DNA of 16,272 bases from Thermoanaerobaculia bacterium (GTDB lineage: Bacteria > Acidobacteriota > Thermoanaerobaculia > Multivoradales > UBA5704): assembly GCA_044226625.1 (NCBI GenBank), contig JBGAGQ010000098.1, positions 1 through 16,272 on the forward strand, read 5' to 3'. Of the stretch, positions 7,438-16,229 are shown one piece after another (within the stretch, counting starts at the first letter, position 1; every line of letters begins with the position of its first letter). The translations under genes and the position numbers were made by a program. Below the pieces are notes generated by a model. The model was not told the origin of the DNA. It searched no databases and saw only the letters and a list, made by a program, of their open reading frames with translations.

Positions 7438-7488
7438 TCGGCACCGACAGGCGCCGGGAAGCACCGAGAAAACAGGCCGCCTCGTACG

Positions 7489-9384
7489 CTACTTGCGTTG
7501 ACCGCGCCGGACTCTCTCGAGGATGCGCGTCGAATCGCGCATGCACTCCATCATCCGGTCTTCGAGGCCGCCGCGGCGGCTTTCGAGGCTGCGGGCCCGG
7601 GCGAGCACGTTCTTCGCTTTTTCCTCGTCGCCCGAGGCGAGCAGCGCCATGCCGAGGTGGGTGAGCGTGTTCGACGAGGTGCCGAGCTCGGAGGAGCGGG
7701 CCAGGAAATCGATCGCCTTGTCGAATTCCTTCCGCTTGTAGTGAACCCAGCCGAGCGCCGCGAGCGGAAACGCCTTGAGCTCGTCGGGCGCGTTCTCGAG
7801 CGACTGATGCGCGTAGTCGAGCGCCTGGTCCAGATCCTCTTCCATCTCGGCGAGGTTGTAGGCCATCTCGTAGTAGGCGATCGTCTTCGAGAAGCTCGAC
7901 ACGCCCTCCTCGAGCAGCCGGGTGCCGATCCGGTTCCCCTCGCGGAACTTTCCCTGGCCGCGCAGCGCCTCGATCAACGCCGCGTAGGCGGTCGCGCGCA
8001 GCATCTCGCCGGGGTTCTGTTCGAGCACCTTGCGCGCCGCCGCCTCGAGCTCCTGGTTGCGGTCGAGGTGGAGGCAGAGCATGGCGTAGGACATCAGGAG
8101 CGTCGGGTTCTCCGGCTCGAGCGAGAGCGCGCGGCGATAGCAGGAGAGCGCCTGCTTGTCCGAGCCCCGGGCGCGCAGCTCCTCCCCCTTGCCGAACCAC
8201 TCGGCGGCCTCGCCGAGCACGCCGGGCAGCGGCATGCCCGCCTGGCCCGAGAGGTAGCGCACGATGTCCTGGTACTGGAGCTTTTTCGGATTCAGCCGCT
8301 GCGCGCGCCGGAACGCGGCAAGCGCCTTCCGGTGCCAATGGCGATCCAGATAGGCGAGGCCGAGCAGGTGGTAAGCCTCCTCGAACGCGGGATCGTGGCG
8401 CACCGCCTCCTGCAGGCGCTTGATCGCCGGCCCCAGCCGCCCCATCTCGTAGAAGCAGCTGCCGAGCAAATAGAGCGCCTGCGGCACCGGATCGACCTCG
8501 ACCGCACGCTCCAGGAACAGGACCGCCTTCGCGAGGTTGCCCAGGCTCGCGTGGACGGCGCCCAGGCTGAAGTGCGGCAGGAAGGTGTCGGGATAGAGCG
8601 CCACCGCCCGCTTGAGCAGCTCCTCGGCGCGCTCGTGCCCTCCCTGCTCGTAGTGGATGACGCCGCTGTAGACGAGCCCCTCGTAATGGTCCGGCTTCAC
8701 CTCGAGCACGCGCGCGAAGTAGACGAGCGCCTTCTCCGGCTGCCCCTCGTTGAAGCAGGTCTCGCCGAGGAAATAGGCCAGCTCGTAATTGTCGCGGTCG
8801 AGCTTGTAGGCCGCTTCGAGAGCCGCCACCGCCCGCTCGATGTCGAAGGCGAACAGGGCGTACTCGGCGTCGTCGAGATGCTGGAGGAAGACCTTCCGCT
8901 TGTCGCCGCTGTGGAGCGCCGCGATCCGCTCCTTGATCGAGACGAAGCGCTCCCGTTTTTCGAGCGCGAGCAGCTGGTAGTCCATCTTCGACTCCCAGAG
9001 CTCGCTCCATTCGTCCCAGCCGACGATCTTCTTGTGCTCCAGGATCTCGCGCAGGGTCGAGAGACCGGTCTGGCTGATCAGGATGTTCTTTTCCTGCTTG
9101 TGGAGCGCGGAGAGCAGCTGACGCACGGTCTCGGCCGTGCGCTTGACCGCCTCTTCGAGGATCGAGATCCGCTCCAGGAGGTGCTCGTCGAACGAGAAGC
9201 TCTCGTCCGGCCCCTCTTCGTACTCCTCCTCCTCCTCGAACACGGTGCCCGAGAGGACGAGAAGCTTCTGATGGCAGCGGACGCAGTACTCCCGCTCGTC
9301 GGGGTTCAATGCGCCGCAAACCTGACAGTACATATTCGTTCTCGCGCCGACGGGGGAAAGCGCCCCGACGTCCGATTCATTCAT
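7489..9384 (-). CDS. Tetratricopeptide-repeat protein with N-terminal zinc ribbon and coiled coil
   Basis: CQVCGALNPDEREYCVRC zinc ribbon, an acidic tract, a heptad-like segment, then many TPR-like repeats (AYFLGETCFNEG..EKAL..F..VLEVKPD; PHFSLGAVHASLGNLAKA; AYHLLGLAYL...). Start is either ATG 9384 (overlapping the hbd stop) or ATG 9333 (MYCQVC). Confidence 0.88.
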   Translation of the reverse strand: MNESDVGALSPVGARTNMYCQVCGALNPDEREYCVRCHQKLLVLSGTVFEEEEEYEEGPDESFSFDEHLLERISILEEAVKRTAETVRQLLSALHKQEKNILISQTGLSTLREILEHKKIVGWDEWSELWESKMDYQLLALEKRERFVSIKERIAALHSGDKRKVFLQHLDDAEYALFAFDIERAVAALEAAYKLDRDNYELAYFLGETCFNEGQPEKALVYFARVLEVKPDHYEGLVYSGVIHYEQGGHERAEELLKRAVALYPDTFLPHFSLGAVHASLGNLAKAVLFLERAVEVDPVPQALYLLGSCFYEMGRLGPAIKRLQEAVRHDPAFEEAYHLLGLAYLDRHWHRKALAAFRRAQRLNPKKLQYQDIVRYLSGQAGMPLPGVLGEAAEWFGKGEELRARGSDKQALSCYRRALSLEPENPTLLMSYAMLCLHLDRNQELEAAARKVLEQNPGEMLRATAYAALIEALRGQGKFREGNRIGTRLLEEGVSSFSKTIAYYEMAYNLAEMEEDLDQALDYAHQSLENAPDELKAFPLAALGWVHYKRKEFDKAIDFLARSSELGTSSNTLTHLGMALLASGDEEKAKNVLARARSLESRRGGLEDRMMECMRDSTRILERVRRGQRK

Positions 9385-10264
9385 ACGAGTAGAAGCCCCG
9401 GCCGCTCTTTCTCCCGAGCCGCCCGGCGTCGACCGTTTTCACCAGCAGCGGGCAGGGACGGTACTTGGGGTCGCCGAAGCCGTCTTGCAGCACCCGCAAA
9501 ATATCCAAGCAAACATCGAGCCCGATCAGGTCGGCGAGCGCGAGAGGCCCCATCGGATGGTTCATCCCGAGCTTCATCACCTGATCGATCGCCTCGGGCG
9601 AGCCGACGCCTTCGTAAAGGCAGTAGATCGCCTCGTTGATCATCGGCATCAGCACGCGGTTCGACACGAAGCCCGGGGCGTCGTGGACTTCCACGGGCGT
9701 CTTGCCCATGCGGCGCGCCGCGTCGGCCACCGCGTCGTAGGTCGCCTGATCGGTCGCGAGGCCGCGGATCACCTCGATCAGCTGCATCACGGGAACCGGG
9801 TTCATGAAGTGCATACCGATCACCCGCTCCGGCCGACCGGTCGCGGCGGCGAGCTTGGTGATCGAGATCGAGCTCGTGTTGGTGGCGAGGATCGCCCCCG
9901 GAGAGCAAACCCGGTCGAGATCGCGCAGCACCTCGACCTTGACGTCCAGTCGCTCGACGACCGCCTCGATCGCGAGGTCGACCGTTTCGAGCTCGGCGAG
10001 ATCGCTGGTTCCTGAGAGCCGGCCGAGCGCGGCGTCGCGATCTTCGGGTGACAGCTTCGCCTTGGCGACCAGCCTCTCGTACCCCTTGGCGACCGCTCCC
10101 AGCCCTTTTTGGAGCGCCGCGGGCGCCACGTCGACCAGGACGACTCGATAGCCGCTCTGCGCCGAGACCTGCGCGATGCCATGCCCCATGGTGCCGGCAC
10201 CGATGACCCCGATCGTGCCGATCGTCCGGATTTCGCCTCCCGATTGAACGTCCGACTGACTCAT
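9377..10264 (-). CDS. hbd: 3-hydroxybutyryl-CoA dehydrogenase
   Basis: Rossmann motif IGVIGAGTMGHGIAQ, IEAVVE, ATNTSSISIT, GMHFMNPVP, PGFVSNR, GMNHPMGPLALADLIGLD, GRLGRKSGRGFY. Start placed at ATG 10264. Confidence 0.93.
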   Translation of the reverse strand: MSQSDVQSGGEIRTIGTIGVIGAGTMGHGIAQVSAQSGYRVVLVDVAPAALQKGLGAVAKGYERLVAKAKLSPEDRDAALGRLSGTSDLAELETVDLAIEAVVERLDVKVEVLRDLDRVCSPGAILATNTSSISITKLAAATGRPERVIGMHFMNPVPVMQLIEVIRGLATDQATYDAVADAARRMGKTPVEVHDAPGFVSNRVLMPMINEAIYCLYEGVGSPEAIDQVMKLGMNHPMGPLALADLIGLDVCLDILRVLQDGFGDPKYRPCPLLVKTVDAGRLGRKSGRGFYSYE

Positions 10265-10325
10265 CGCTTCCTTTCGATTCGCGGTCGATACACTTTCTCC
10301 CTGCGCCGCGTCGCGGGAATGGGCG

Positions 10326-10354
10326 AGGTTATCGACTGGCTTCGGAAGGGTCAA
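10326..10354 (-). promoter_or_regulatory. sigma70-type promoter for hbd-TPR (TTGACC-N17-TAACCT)
   Basis: On the minus strand, -35 TTGACC (10354-10349), a 17-bp spacer and -10 TAACCT (10331-10326); same -35 hexamer as the gdhA promoter. Confidence 0.55.
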
Positions 10355-10360
10355 GACACG

Positions 10361-10401
10361 ATGGCGCGGCTCGGCCCCTCCTTCGGGCCGGGCCGCGCCA
10401 T
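10361..10401. terminator. 17-bp hairpin downstream of the DUF6526-like gene, probable terminator
   Basis: ATGGCGCGGCTCGGCCC-ctccttc-GGGCCGGGCCGCGCCAT, with one non-Watson-Crick position. Confidence 0.55.
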
Positions 10402-10464
10402 ATTGCGCCCTATTTCGGAATCTCGAGCCGCGCCGTTTCGGCGCCGTTCGAGTCGGCGATCTAG

Positions 10465-10929
10465 CTAGGCCCGCTGGTGATCCTCCCGCCAGGAGACGAT
10501 CGCACGCTTGATCTGATCGTTAGTCCGAAGCTCCCCCGCGAGCACACGGCGGACCAAATCGGCCACCTCGCCGTCGCTGGCGAAGCGGAGGCCGACCAGC
10601 TGCCCCGTGCGCAGCTCGCCGATCCGGCCACGTAGATCCTCGGGCAGCAGCCGTTCGAGCCGCATCCGCTCTTCGAGCCGAATCACACGATCCTGCACCG
10701 CGAGCGGAAACACCCGGGAGTACCAGGAGAGCAGCAGCAGACCGATCGCCACGGCGACGTTCATCAGCGCGTTGAGCCAGACCGTCCAAAATTCGCTGTG
10801 GGTCAACACTTCGTACAGCTGTACGAGGCGGAGGATGAAGTTGACGACGAAGATGCCGAAGGTGACGAAATGGAACAGCGGGACGAACTTCGCGTGGTTT
10901 GCGTAGCTCTGGGGAGCTCGGTCGCTCAT
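10465..10929 (-). CDS. DUF6526-like membrane protein
   Basis: QSYANHAKFVPLFHF, two hydrophobic helices, R.FPL.VQDRVIRLEE..R, QLVGLRFASDGE, IKRAIVSWREDHQR. Recognised from memory of the family, not by a search. ATGA overlap with the upstream permease. Confidence 0.75.
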   Translation of the reverse strand: MSDRAPQSYANHAKFVPLFHFVTFGIFVVNFILRLVQLYEVLTHSEFWTVWLNALMNVAVAIGLLLLSWYSRVFPLAVQDRVIRLEERMRLERLLPEDLRGRIGELRTGQLVGLRFASDGEVADLVRRVLAGELRTNDQIKRAIVSWREDHQRA

Positions 10930-12254
10930 GCTTCCTCCGAGGTCGAGGTTTGGGAAACGGGACGCCGCAATTTGAAGATGACCACACCGATCAGCGCCGC
11001 GACCGCTCCGGCGATCAGGTTCTTCGCCTCGGCGCTCGCCGCGAAGGCGACGCAGAGCGCGCAGGCGAGGATCGGGATCGTCGATCCGAACGGCAGCCGG
11101 AACGCGCCCGGGTTGGCGGGCATCTTCTTCCGGAGGATCGGCACGGAGGCCGCCGTGCCGACGTAGGTACCGAGCCGCGCGATCACCGAGAGCGTCGCGA
11201 GGCTCGCGAACGTCCCGGAAAGCGCGAGGGGCAGGGCGATCAGCGTCTGCGTGAGGATCGCCGCGGCGGGCGTGCGGAACCGGGGGTGGAGCTTCGCGAG
11301 GTAGGACGGACCGTAGCCGTCGCGCGCGAGCGCCCAGAGATAGCGCGGCCCGGCGAGCACCGTATTGTTGTTGGTCCCGAGGATCGAAAGCGCCCCGCCG
11401 ATCGTGAGCAGCACGACGCCGCCTGTACCGAGGAAGACCTGCGCCGCGTCAGCGAGCGGCTTCTTGGACTCGGCGAGATTCGGCAGCGTGCCGAGCGCCA
11501 CCCACTGGACCGCCGAGTAGATCAGGGTGACGATCGCGATCTGCGCGACCAGCGCGAACGGCACGTCGCGCTTCGGGTTCTTGAACTCGCCCGCGGGCGC
11601 CGCCGTGTTCTCGAAACCCGCGTAGGCGAAAAGGAGAAGAAGGACCGCCTCGCCGAGCTTCGTCCGGTCGATCGCGCCGCCGCCGGTGGCGAGCGCCATC
11701 GAGACGTGCGGCAGGCCGAACAGGATGAAGGCGACGAGCGGCACGGTCTTACCGAGCGCGAAGAAGACCGACGTCCGCACGCCCGATTTGACGCCCACGA
11801 TGTTGATCAAAGTAAGCGCAAGGAGCGACAGGACGATCGCCAGGTACCAGCCGGGCTCCCCCTCCTTCGCGCCCACCACCTGGGCGAAACCGGCCGAGAG
11901 TGCGGCGACCGAGGAAAGCCGGGCGAGCCAGGTCATCCAGCCGACCTCGAATCCCGCGAGATCGCCGAACGCGGTCTTTGCGTAGACGTAGCCGCTCCCG
12001 GGTCGATCGAAGTGGCTGGCGGCCTCGGCGAAGCAGAGCACCAAGAGCAGCACCGCGAACCCGGCGAGGATCACCGCCCAGACGCTCATCGCCCCGAGGT
12101 AGAGCGCCGCCGTCGCGGGGAGCAGGTAGATGCCGCTGCCGATCACGTCGTTCACCGAAAAGCCGACGATCTCCCAACGCGAGACGGCGCGGCGGAAGCC
12201 CAGGCCTCCCTCGGTTTTCGGCACGTCGGCGTCGATCGTCGTCAAATCGCTCAA
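10926..12254 (-). CDS. APC-family amino acid permease
   Basis: TM1 motif NDVIGSGIYLLP, CFAEAASHFDRPGSGYVY, FAYAGFE...AGEFKNPKRDVP, PRYLWALARDG, LHPRFRTP; about 12 hydrophobic segments; TTG start with GGAGGAG RBS. Confidence 0.92.
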   Translation of the reverse strand: MSDLTTIDADVPKTEGGLGFRRAVSRWEIVGFSVNDVIGSGIYLLPATAALYLGAMSVWAVILAGFAVLLLVLCFAEAASHFDRPGSGYVYAKTAFGDLAGFEVGWMTWLARLSSVAALSAGFAQVVGAKEGEPGWYLAIVLSLLALTLINIVGVKSGVRTSVFFALGKTVPLVAFILFGLPHVSMALATGGGAIDRTKLGEAVLLLLFAYAGFENTAAPAGEFKNPKRDVPFALVAQIAIVTLIYSAVQWVALGTLPNLAESKKPLADAAQVFLGTGGVVLLTIGGALSILGTNNNTVLAGPRYLWALARDGYGPSYLAKLHPRFRTPAAAILTQTLIALPLALSGTFASLATLSVIARLGTYVGTAASVPILRKKMPANPGAFRLPFGSTIPILACALCVAFAASAEAKNLIAGAVAALIGVVIFKLRRPVSQTSTSEEA

Positions 12255-12304
12255 GCGCCCTCCTCCCTTGCCCTCAAGTCAAACTCAAATTGGCTTCGTT
12301 GGAA

Positions 12305-13582
12305 TCAATTTTCGATCGCCGTCCCGGCGGTTTCCGGCAGAGTCCAGACCCACGCCCCGGCGAGCAGCGCGAAGCCCGCGGCGAGGGAGATGCCGCCACC
12401 TATGCCGGCACCCGGCGCCATCGACGCGACGGCGGCGATCGCGAGCGGCGCGAGATACTGGATGCCGCGCGTCGAATTCATGATCACCGACATCGCGGTG
12501 CCGCGCACGCGGGTCGGGAACAGCTCCGAGAAGTACGGCCCGTAGCAGGACCAGGTCCCCGTGCCGAGCCCGGCGACGAAAAGGCAGGCCAGGCCGATCT
12601 GCGGCCGCGCGGCGAATCCCGACCAGAACAGCGTGACCAGCGCGAGCCCGAGCGCCGTCACCGCGCAATAGAGCGCGAAGGCCGGCCGCCGGCCGATCCG
12701 GTCTGAGACCCAGCCGAACGAGAGGTAGCCGACGAGCGAGCCGGCGACGAACGTGAGCGTCCACCAGCCGGTGCCGAAGATCGTGAGACCTCGTTCTTTC
12801 TGGAGATACCGGGGGAGCCAGATCACCGCGAACCAATAGGCGCTCATGTTGAACGCGGTGAGCAGGAAGGCGCGGACGAACGTGGAGAGCTGATCCGGCG
12901 CGACGAGCTGAGCGAGCACCGGCCGGCGCGCCCGGGTGAGCTCTTCCGAGCCTCCCGCGTCGACCCGCGCGCGGTGGGCGAGCCAGAGATCCGACTCGGG
13001 CAGGTGGCGGAAGAACAGAAGCGAAATCCCGGGAAGCACGAGCAGGCCGAACGTCACACGCCAGCCGATCTCGGGAGAGAGGAACGAGCCGAGGATCGCC
13101 GCGAGCCCGAGGCCGACCGGCGCGCCCGATTGGGCGATCGCTCCGAACCGGCCGCGCAACGCCGCCGGGACCGTTTCGCCGATCATCGCCTGGCCGCCGC
13201 CCCAGGTGCCGCCGATCCCGAGACCCGCGACCGCTCGTCCCAAGGAAAGGAGCGCGCCGCTTCCCGCGAGAGCGCAGATCAGATTGCCGAGCGAGAACGC
13301 GCCGATCGCGAGCGCGAGCGAGGCGCGGCGGCCGAACCGGTCGCTGATCCAGCCGAACAGGAAACCGCCGACGCCGGTCATCCCGACGCCGATCCCGGTG
13401 AGCGCCGCGACGTCCGCGTCGGGAATCCCGAGATCCTTCTGGATCGCGGGCAGGAGGAACGAGAGGAGCATCAGCGAGCAGAAGCCGCTCGCCCAAGCTC
13501 CCCAGGCGAGGAGCAGGATGCGCCGGTGGGCCGCCCCCGGTCGCTCGACGTGCCGCAAGGCGGCGCTGTCGGATGCGGTCAA
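12305..13582 (-). CDS. MFS transporter (organic acid/aromatic acid symporter-like)
   Basis: MFS motif A twice (GWISDRFGRR, GWVSDRIGRR), GRAVAGLGIGG, ETVPAALRGR, PESDLW, SELFPTRVRGTA, C-terminal LPET. Confidence 0.9.
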   Translation of the reverse strand: MTASDSAALRHVERPGAAHRRILLLAWGAWASGFCSLMLLSFLLPAIQKDLGIPDADVAALTGIGVGMTGVGGFLFGWISDRFGRRASLALAIGAFSLGNLICALAGSGALLSLGRAVAGLGIGGTWGGGQAMIGETVPAALRGRFGAIAQSGAPVGLGLAAILGSFLSPEIGWRVTFGLLVLPGISLLFFRHLPESDLWLAHRARVDAGGSEELTRARRPVLAQLVAPDQLSTFVRAFLLTAFNMSAYWFAVIWLPRYLQKERGLTIFGTGWWTLTFVAGSLVGYLSFGWVSDRIGRRPAFALYCAVTALGLALVTLFWSGFAARPQIGLACLFVAGLGTGTWSCYGPYFSELFPTRVRGTAMSVIMNSTRGIQYLAPLAIAAVASMAPGAGIGGGISLAAGFALLAGAWVWTLPETAGTAIEN

Positions 13583-13672
13583 AGTGCTGGGGAGTCTAGC
13601 TTAAGGAGTGCTGGGCCATAAGCCTCCGCGGGGAGTTCCGGTTACGCCTCGGCACGTCCCCGCACGTCACGA

Positions 13673-15665
13673 TCAGCCGGCGAGGTCGGTGAGCTCCGAT
13701 TCGACCGACTCCCAGTCGGACATCAGGCCCGCAATCTTCTCGTTGAGCTGTTGCTGCTCGTTCTCGAGCTTTTTCACCTGGTCGCGCGAGGTCTTGTCGA
13801 AGAAGGTCGGATCGCAGAACAGCTCGTTGATCTCGTGGACCCGGTTCTCGGCTTTCTCGATCGCGGCGGTCAGCTCGTCGCGCCGCTTGGTGAGCTGGCG
13901 CTCGCGCTTCTCGCGCTCCTTGTCGTCGAGGCGCGGGGCCTCCTTCGCCTTCTTCTGTTGGGCACGCCGCGCGCGCAACACCGCTTCGGCGTCGAGGTGG
14001 TCGTCGCCCATCGCCTCGATGTATTCCTCGTACGTCCCCTTGTAATCGCGGATGCCGTTCGGGGTGATCTCCAGGATCCGGTTCGCGAGGCGCGAGACGA
14101 ACCAACGGTCGTGGGAGACGAAGACCAGCGTGCCGTCGTACTCCTTGAGCCCTTCGACCAACGCGTCGATCGCCTCGAGGTCGAGGTGGTTCGTCGGCTC
14201 GTCGAGCACCAGGACGTTCGGCTGGGTGACCGAAAGGCGGCAGAACGTGAGGCGTGCTGACTCGCCGCCCGAGAGGCTCCCCACCCCCTTCTTCACGTCG
14301 TCGCCCGAGAACAACACCATGCCGAGATTGCCGCGGATGAAGCCGATCGTCTCGGCGGGAACCGCCTCCCAGAGCCACGCCTCGACGCTCTGCTTGCCGG
14401 AGGCCTTGAGCTCGGCGTGATCTTGCGAGAAATAGCCCGGGTGGGTCTCGTACCCCCAGTTCACCGTGCCCGCGTCGGCGGTCACCTCGCCCACCGCGAT
14501 CTTGAGCATCGTCGACTTGCCGATCCCGTTCGGGCCGAGGATCGCGAGCCGCTCGCCGCGCTCGACGCGGAGGGTCACGTCGTTCAACACCTTCTTGGTG
14601 CCGTACGACTTCGAGATCCCCTCCATCACCAGCACTTCGCGCCCGCTCGGCCGGACCTGCTTGAACTTGAACGTCGGATACCGACGCGAGCTCTGGGGCA
14701 GGCGCTCGATCGTGATCTTCTCGATCATCTTGACCTTGCTCTGCGCCTGGCGCGCCTTGGTCGCCTTGGCCTTGAACCGGTCGATGAAGTCCTGGTGCTT
14801 GGCGATCTCCTTTTCCCGCTTCTCGATCTCGGCTTCCTTGCGCTCGCGGTTGCCGACCTTCGCCTCCGTGAACGCCTGGTAGTTGCCCGGGTAGAGGATC
14901 ATCGTCTCGTAGTCGACGTCCACGCTGTAATTGCACCTTCGCCTCCGTGAACGCCTGGTAGTTGCCCGGGTAGAGGATCATCGTCTCGTAGTCGACGTCC
15001 ACGATGTAATTGCAGACGTTGTCCAGGAACCGGTGATCGTGCGAGATCACCACCGTCGTCCCCTTGAACTCGGTGAGGAACTTTTCGAGCCATCGAATCG
15101 ACAGGATGTCCAGGTGGTTCGTCGGCTCGTCGAGCAACAGCGCGTCGGGAGACGACGCGAGCACCTGGGCGAGCAGCACGCGCAGCTTGAAGCCGCCCGA
15201 GAGCGTGGAGAGAGCGTTCCGATGAACCTCGGTCGGAATCCCCAAGCCCTCCAGGATCTCCCCCGCACGCGCCTCCAGCGTGTAGCCGTCGGAGTTGAGG
15301 ATCAACTCTTCGAGCTCGGCATAGCGCTCGTGGTCGAACTCCGACTCCGGAGCACTGAGCAGCCGCTCCTTTTCCGACATCGCCTCCCAAACCTCTTTGT
15401 TGCCCATCAGGGCCACGTCGAGGATCGGCATGTGCTCGTAGCTGAAATGGTCCTGACGCAAGACCCCGAGGCGGAGCCGCTTTGGAAGCGAAAGCGTCCC
15501 CTCGCTCGGCTGGTCCTCACCGGTCAGGATACGGAGAAACGTCGACTTCCCCGATCCGTTCGCCCCGACCAATCCATAGCGATTGCCCGGGTTGAACTGC
15601 ATCGAGACGCCGGTAAACAAAGTCTGCGGGCCAAACGACTTGCCCATTTCGGAGACGGCGATCAT
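13673..15665 (-). pseudogene. ybiT: ABC-F family ATPase (YbiT-like), frameshifted by a 79-bp tandem duplication (true lesion or assembly artefact)
   Basis: The N half (GNRYGLVGANGSGKST, LSGG, LLLDEPTNHLD, ISHDHRFLD) is in the 15665 frame and the C half (GPNGIGKST, LSGGE, LVLDEPTNHLD, VSHDR, coiled-coil tail) is in another frame. Removing 79 bp restores a single 637-aa ORF. Confidence 0.85.
14856..15013. repeat. 79-bp tandem direct duplication
   Basis: 14856-14934 and 14935-15013 are identical except C14925 vs A15004. Confidence 0.97.
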
Positions 15666-15824
15666 AGGGCCGGGGATGATAGCAGGTGCGGACGGAGGAG
15701 GCCGACCGGAGGGTAGGGCGGGCGTTTGGCGGGCGGGTTGGGATGTGCGGCAGGCGGCCGGATCGGGGGTGGGGCGGTCGATTCCGGCCGGCAGGGCACC
15801 AACGGCAAGAGCGAGGGATGGGGC

Positions 15825-15906
15825 GGGCTTTCAGCCCTTGGAACCGGGGTACGTGCCTTGGCCCTGGGGCGTTGCCCCAGGCTATTATCGGTCGGGCCTT
15901 CGGCCC
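15825..15906. repeat. REP-like three-hairpin extragenic element
   Basis: GGGCTTTCAGCCC (15825-15837), CCTGGGGC-GTT-GCCCCAGG (15863-15881) and GGGCCTTCGGCCC (15894-15906). On the minus strand this reads GGGCCGAAGGCCC..TAGCCTGGGGCAACGCCCCAGG..GGGCTGAAAGCCC, a layout resembling palindromes associated with Y1/IS200-like (RAYT) transposases. Confidence 0.7.
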
Positions 15907-16229
15907 GTATTTCTTCGACTTTTCGGTCTCAAACTCAGGGTTGCGGGTTTCCCGAGGTCTGAACGCCATAGGGGCCTGCGGTCGACAGCGCAAGTTCGAA
16001 ACGTCCGTGCGCATCGAGGCTGGGGCCCGTTCTTCCTACGACCATGCGCCAAGGTGGAGCCGTGAGCAGAGGATCTGCCAGGTCGGCTGGCCGGCCCGCG
16101 TATCACTCGCCTGAGCGCCAAAAGGCGCGTTTGATAATAGATGCTATGGAGGGTCGAGGCCCCCGGGTGAGTGAGGCTAGGCCGGCTGGATAATTTCGGG
16201 AACCACCATCGCTAAACGGGAGGCACCAG

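Noticed and set aside
7256-7488. T-box riboswitch upstream of proS
   Set aside because: No GGTGGNACCGCG-type T-box sequence or U-tailed terminator on the minus strand.
7429-9639. 736-aa plus-strand ORF and 637-aa alternate-frame ORF (7406-9319) over the TPR gene
   Set aside because: Antisense or shifted shadows of a well-formed high-GC gene; no motifs and low-complexity composition.
10899-12545. 548-aa plus-strand ORF opposite the APC permease
   Set aside because: Antisense shadow of a hydrophobic high-GC gene.
13583-13615. Direct repeat AGTGCTGGG x2 upstream of the MFS gene
   Set aside because: Only 9 bp and two copies; may be an operator but cannot be distinguished from chance, and it is not CRISPR-like.
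13596-15665. 689-aa ORF as a novel ABC-ATPase fusion with an Arg/Pro/Gly-rich tail
   Set aside because: The tail is out-of-frame read-through of the ABC-F 3' half caused by the 79-bp duplication; open alternate frames are common at this GC content.
15517-16121. Several 78-165 aa ORFs on both strands in the right intergenic region
   Set aside because: They run through the REP-like hairpins, lack RBSs and have no recognisable domains.
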